DNA of 64,000 nucleotides. It comes from Rebecca billardiae RCC1528. Taxonomy: Eukaryota > Protista > Haptophyta. Of this stretch, positions 58,801-64,000 are shown piece by piece. How positions within the stretch are numbered: the stretch's first letter is position 1; every line of letters starts with the position of its first letter. Location of the stretch: contig OZ251236.1 in assembly GCA_965240325.2 (NCBI GenBank), positions 496,001 through 560,000 of the forward strand. The letters are read 5' to 3'. Both the position numbers and the translations under genes were made by a program. Below the pieces are notes generated by a model that saw only the letters and a list, made by a program, of their open reading frames with translations, made no database searches and was not told the origin of the DNA.

Positions 58801-61800
58801 GTCGACCACGCCTGAGGTCCAAATGGCGTTGCCAGCGTCGCCCTGCCAGCACGGCGGCACGAACTGGCCCGCCACTGCTGCGCTTGGCGCCGGGGGCGAG
58901 TGTGGCGGGCTCGGCGGCGGGCTCGGCGGTGGCGAAGGCGGCGGCGAGGGCGGTGGCGACGGTGGCGGCGGCGGGGCCGGTGGGCTCGGAGGTGGCAGGC
59001 TCGGCGGCGGGCTCGGTGGCGGCGGGCGCGGAGGTGGCGACGGCGGACGCGGCGGGCTCGGCGGCGGGCGCGGCGGTGGGCTCGGCGGGGGGCTCGGCGG
59101 TGAGCTCGGCGGGGGGCTCGGCGGAGGGGGTGAAAGCGATCGCGTGATGGTGAGGTTGCTCACGCGATTGGGCTCGTTGGGTTGCGTCATGCCGCTCCGG
59201 CTGAGCCCGCCTAGGTACACCCTCACATCCGAGAATGCAGCGCGCACGCCGCCGTTCGCGTATGTGTGCTCGCAAGCTGTCGACGTGCTGTTTGCGCTGT
59301 CCGAAAGCTCGACACGAATGGTGGATAGGGAGAGAGTGGCTGTGATGTGAATCGGCATGCCCGGCGCGGGAATGTCAAAGACGCCGCAGCCGTCGTCGCT
59401 TGCGCCGGAGTGGTCCGTTCTCACGTAGAGGCCGTCAGTGAACCCAAAGGCGACGTACAGCACACGGTCGCCATATGAGCAGCAGCCGCCGCCGGTGACG
59501 GTGAGGTGGAGAACGTCGCGCCACCCGCCGTCGTAAACGTTTGCAAGCGGCTCGAGCGACAGGCGAACGGTGAATTCCTCCGGCACGTCGATCGTGGCGA
59601 TGTGGTTGTTCAATCCAGGCTGGACCGGCCCCGCGAGCTCGAGCAGCACGCCCGGCGTCAACGGCTGCGCCGGAGGGTCGACGAGCTCGCACACGTAGCC
59701 GTACGTATTCGTGCACGGGTGATTTGTGGCCCACTGCGTGCCGCCGCGACGGGGCGGGTCAATCAGCCGCACGCAATCGCCGACATGAGTGTTACGGTTT
59801 GGATACCACTCCGTGTACGCGAGCGCCTCGCCACTCACTGCGAGATAGTCGTCAGTTGAGGTGATGTCGAAGACGCCTATCCACGGCTGGCTCATCGAGA
59901 TCAAGTCCAGGTGGTAGTACCAGTACTGGAGCTCGATTGCGCTCAGTGGTACGGCCAGTCTGCCGACCAGGCCAGCAGCGATGCCCAGCGCGACGCAAGC
60001 CTCCTGCGCCTGCGGGTGGCAGTCGTGGGGCATCCGCCATCGGCGGGCGCGCGCACGCGTGGCAGGCGGCGAGGGGGGATGCATATGAGCGTGGACACTT
60101 CTCGCGTACGAGATGTTGAGGACGCATGGTGGTGGGGGAGGCGCAAGTCGTCGTGTCCATCTCACAGAAGGGGGTGCGCACGCGCGCACACCGCAGTCCC
60201 TGAAAGTGATGCAGAGAAGCCCATGAAGCACTTCTCGACGGCGCCACCTGTCCACACGACGTTGCCGGCGGTGCCCGATGTGCACGCGGCGCCCACGGGC
60301 GTGGACGGCGGCGGTGGCGGCGCGCTGGCCGACAGCTCGCAGATGTACGCCGGCACGATGTTGAGGCATGGCCAATCACCCCACGTGTCGCCATACCAGA
60401 AGATCCCGTCGAAGCTGGCGCAGTCCTGGTTGCCTTGAAGGTTGTTCGGCTGCTCAATCCGCCACGGGTAGAAGCCGGCCAGCTTGGAGTCGCTGCCGCG
60501 CACAAACACGTTCTCCGTCTGCGAGTCGCTCGGCGCGACCCACGCGTCAGCCACACCCGTCAAGTTGAGGTGGTACAGCAAGTACTGCACCTCGCGCTCG
60601 CTGCCGGGCAGAAAGAGATGGCCCGACAGCCCGGCTGACGCGTTGCCCAACGCAGCACAGCCTGCAGCCGCCTGCGCGTGCGTCGCGCTGGTCTTGAAGC
60701 CGACGAAGCACTTGTCCACGGCGCCGCCCGTCCACACGGCAGCCCCCATGTCGCCAACGGAGCACGCGCGGCCCAGCGCAGTCGGCGGTGGCGGCGGTGG
60801 TGGAGCGACGAGCTCGCACACGTAGCTGGACACCAGCGCGCACGCATGATGCGTGTAAATGCCGTCGGACGTGCGCATCTGCACGCAGTACGGCGTGCCA
60901 GACGCATCTGGAAACCCGTTCTGGCGCGGGCCGGCCAGCCAGTTGTGCAGTCCCACTGGCTGACCATCGGCGCGCGCCCACTCGCCAAGCGTAAGCGCCG
61001 TGGGAGCTCCTTCCGTCTGGTCCTTCATGCCGATCCATGGGCCGTCGGCTGCCGCCATGCCGAGTGAGCTCGTGTTGAGCTGCGTGAGCGCGAACGCAAT
61101 CTCGCCGACGCTCAGCGGCGTCAGAAGTCGTCCGATGTACGCGCCCTCCGTCGCAGTCCCCAGCGACTCGCACGCAGCTTGCGCCTGCGCGCGCGCGCGG
61201 GCGCAGCAGGCAGACGACGAGCGCGCGCGCGGCGCAACACGCCGAGGCGGGGCACGGAGCGCAGGGCGGTGAGCGCAGCGCAGGCGAGGAGCGTTCGCAG
61301 GCATGCGTGCGCGCGTACCGCCGCCCACGTGGTCGTCAGATTCGAGGTGAAGCCCATGATGCACTTGTCGACCACGCCTGAGGTCCAAATGGCGTTGCCA
61401 GCGTCGCCCTGCCAGCACGGCGGCACGAACTGGCCCGCCACTGCTGCGCTTGGCGCCGGGGGCGAGTGTGGCGGGCTCGGCGGCGGGCTCGGCGGTGGCG
61501 AAGGCGGCGGCGAGGGCGGTGGCGACGGTGGCGGCGGCGGGGCCGGTGGGCTCGGAGGTGGCAGGCTCGGCGGCGGGCTCGGTGGCGGCGGGCGCGGAGG
61601 TGGCGACGGCGGACGCGGCGGGCTCGGCGGCGGGCGCGGCGGTGGGCTCGGCGGGGGGCTCGGCGGTGAGCTCGGCGGGGGGCTCGGCGGAGGGGGTGAA
61701 AGCGATCGCGTGATGGTGAGGTTGCTCACGCGATTGGGCTCGTTGGGTTGCGTCATGCCGCTCCGGCTGAGCCCGCCTAGGTACACCCTCACATCCGAGA

Positions 61801-64000
61801 ATGCAGCGCGCACGCCGCCGTTCGCGTATGTGTGCTCGCAAGCTGTCGACGTGCTGTTTGCGCTGTCCGAAAGCTCGACACGAATGGTGGATAGGGAGAG
61901 AGTGGCTGTGATGTGAATCGGCATGCCCGGCGCGGGAATGTCAAAGACGCCGCAGCCGTCGTCGCTTGCGCCGGAGTGGTCCGTTCTCACGTAGAGGCCG
62001 TCAGTGAACCCAAAGGCGACGTACAGCACACGGTCGCCATATGAGCAGCAGCCGCCGCCGGTGACGGTGAGGTGGAGAACGTCGCGCCACCCGCCGTCGT
62101 AAACGTTTGCAAGCGGCTCGAGCGACAGGCGAACGGTGAATTCCTCCGGCACGTCGATCGTGGCGATGTGGTTGTTCAATCCAGGCTGGACCGGCCCCGC
62201 GAGCTCGAGCAGCACGCCCGGCGTCAACGGCTGCGCCGGAGGGTCGACGAGCTCGCACACGTAGCCGTACGTATTCGTGCACGGGTGATTTGTGGCCCAC
62301 TGCGTGCCGCCGCGACGGGGCGGGTCAATCAGCCGCACGCAATCGCCGACATGAGTGTTACGGTTTGGATACCACTCCGTGTACGCGAGCGCCTCGCCAC
62401 TCACTGCGAGATAGTCGTCAGTTGAGGTGATGTCGAAGACGCCTATCCACGGCTGGCTCATCGAGATCAAGTCCAGGTGGTAGTACCAGTACTGGAGCTC
62501 GATTGCGCTCAGTGGTACGGCCAGTCTGCCGACCAGGCCAGCTGCGATGCCCAGCGCGACGCAAGCCTCCTGCGCCTGCGGGTGGCAGTCGTGGGGCATC
62601 CGCCATCGGCGGGCGCGCGCACGCGTGGCAGGCGGCGAGGGGGGATGCATATGAGCGTGGACACTTCTCGCGTACGAGATTATGACGGGGATGCATGGTG
62701 GTGGGGGAGGCGCAAGTCGTCGTGTCCATCTCACAGAAGGGGGTGCGCACGCGCGCACACCGCAGTCCCTGAAAGTGATGCAGAGAAGCCCATGAAGCAC
62801 TTCTCGACGGCGCCACCTGTCCACACGACGTTGCCGGCGGTGCCCGATGTGCACGCGGCGCCCACGGGCGTGGACGGCGGCGGTGGCGGCGCGCTGGCCG
62901 ACAGCTCGCAGATGTACGCCGGCACGATGTTGAGGCATGGCCAATCACCCCACGTGTCGCCATACCAGAAGATCCCGTCGAAGCTGGCGCAGTCCTGGTT
63001 GCCTTGAAGGTTGTTCGGCTGCTCAATCCGCCACGGGTAGAAGCCGGCCAGCTTGGAGTCGCTGCCGCGCACAAACACGTTCTCCGTCTGCGAGTCGCTC
63101 GGCGCGACCCACGCGTCAGCCACACCCGTCAAGTTGAGGTGGTACAGCAAGTACTGCACCTCGCGCTCGCTGCCGGGCAGAAAGAGATGGCCCGACAGCC
63201 CGGCTGACGCGTTGCCCAACGCAGCACAGCCTGCAGCCGCCTGCGCGTGCGTCGCGCTGGTCTTGAAGCCGACGAAGCACTTGTCCACGGCGCCGCCCGT
63301 CCACACGGCAGCCCCCATGTCGCCAACGGAGCACGCGCGGCCCAGCGCAGTCGGCGGTGGCGGCGGTGGTGGAGCGACGAGCTCGCACACGTAGCTGGAC
63401 ACCAGCGCGCACGCATGATGCGTGTAAATGCCGTCGGACGTGCGCATCTGCACGCAGTACGGCGTGCCAGACGCATCTGGAAACCCGTTCTGGCGCGGGC
63501 CGGCCAGCCAGTTGTGCAGTCCCACTGGCTGACCATCGGCGCGCGCCCACTCGCCAAGCGTAAGCGCCGTGGGAGCTCCTTCCGTCTGGTCCTTCATGCC
63601 GATCCATGGGCCGTCGGCTGCCGCCATGCCGAGTGAGCTCGTGTTGAGCTGCGTGAGCGCGAACGCAATCTCGCCGACGCTCAGCGGCGTCAGAAGTCGT
63701 CCGATGTACGCGCCCTCCGTCGCAGTCCCCAGCGACTCGCACGCAGCTTGCGCCTGCGCGCGCGCGCGGGCGCAGCAGGCAGACGACGAGCGCGCGCGCG
63801 GCGCAACACGCCGAGGCGGGGCACGGAGCGCAGGGCGGTGAGCGCAGCGCAGGCGAGGAGCGTTCGCAGGCATGCGTGCGCGCGTACCGCCGCCCACGTG
63901 GTCGTCAGATTCGAGGTGAAGCCCATGATGCACTTGTCGACCACGCCTGAGGTCCAAATGGCGTTGCCAGCGTCGCCCTGCCAGCACGGCGGCACGAACT
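37874..64000 (-). CDS. Giant polycystin-1/REJ-like GPS receptor (>8,000 aa, 5'-incomplete): tandem C-type lectin/ConA-like units, Ser-Pro stalk, IPT/TIG repeats, REJ, EGF-like, GPS, ~5 TM
   Basis: GPS CHFWNATSEAWSADGC...CACDHL|TDFA (~39975-40095). REJ motifs (NRPPHGG...WADDPDDLPLRYRFGY). IPT repeats (DPAGGPVGGGTRITLSGAGF; ISPNKGDPRGGNAVTVSGGGF). PKD1-like TM motifs (ISAKQRVAVLF; FKIGLIEPL). Two GT-AG introns per repeat unit restore one continuous frame. Confidence 0.85.
45260..48855 (-). repeat. Coding extensin-like (SPPP)n/(PPSX)n repeat, ~1,200 aa, with higher-order sub-blocks
   Basis: In-frame Ser-Pro3-4 repeats with recurring SPKPP, SLPPNPPP and APPPP markers. Confidence 0.92.
48850..64000 (-). 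repeat. Intragenic tandem array of ~6 units of 2566-2573 bp
   Basis: Identical ORF patterns recur at 49158, 51731, 54300, 56869, 59435 and 62001. Each unit has a 134-nt intron plus a 182-189-nt intron and 2250 coding nt. Confidence 0.95.

Noticed and set aside
1-64000. rRNA, tRNA or telomeric repeats
   Set aside because: None recognised by eye; a tRNAscan-SE/Infernal scan was not possible.

Overview
Eukaryotic nuclear DNA with very high GC, short GC-rich spliceosomal introns (typically GTGCGC...GCGCAG) and (TA)n/AT-rich intergenic islands. The style resembles a haptophyte alga such as the Pavlovales (inference only). The left 37 kb holds about ten genes: a DsbA/FrnE-type selenoprotein (in-frame UGA in a U-P-W-C motif, plus a non-canonical SECIS hairpin), two RING proteins, a Slo/BK-type K+ channel, a GT47 exostosin, a centrin, a PA-like/7TM/HET-TIR-like receptor, a small putative plastid-targeted protein, and a head-to-head CEP120-like / CEP350-like pair. 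These are interspersed with non-autonomous transposons (a TA-flanked TIR element, three Helitron2-like copies, a TTAA piggyBac-like element) and several fold-back palindromes. The right 26 kb is one giant minus-strand gene that runs off the window edge: a >8,000-aa polycystin-1/REJ-like GPS receptor. Its ectodomain is an array of at least 6 near-identical 2.57-kb units (exactly 750 codons after splicing; 3 C-type lectin domains + 1 ConA/LamG-like domain each) on a ~1,200-aa Ser-Pro extensin-like stalk. All domain calls are motif recognition by eye; no database searches were run.
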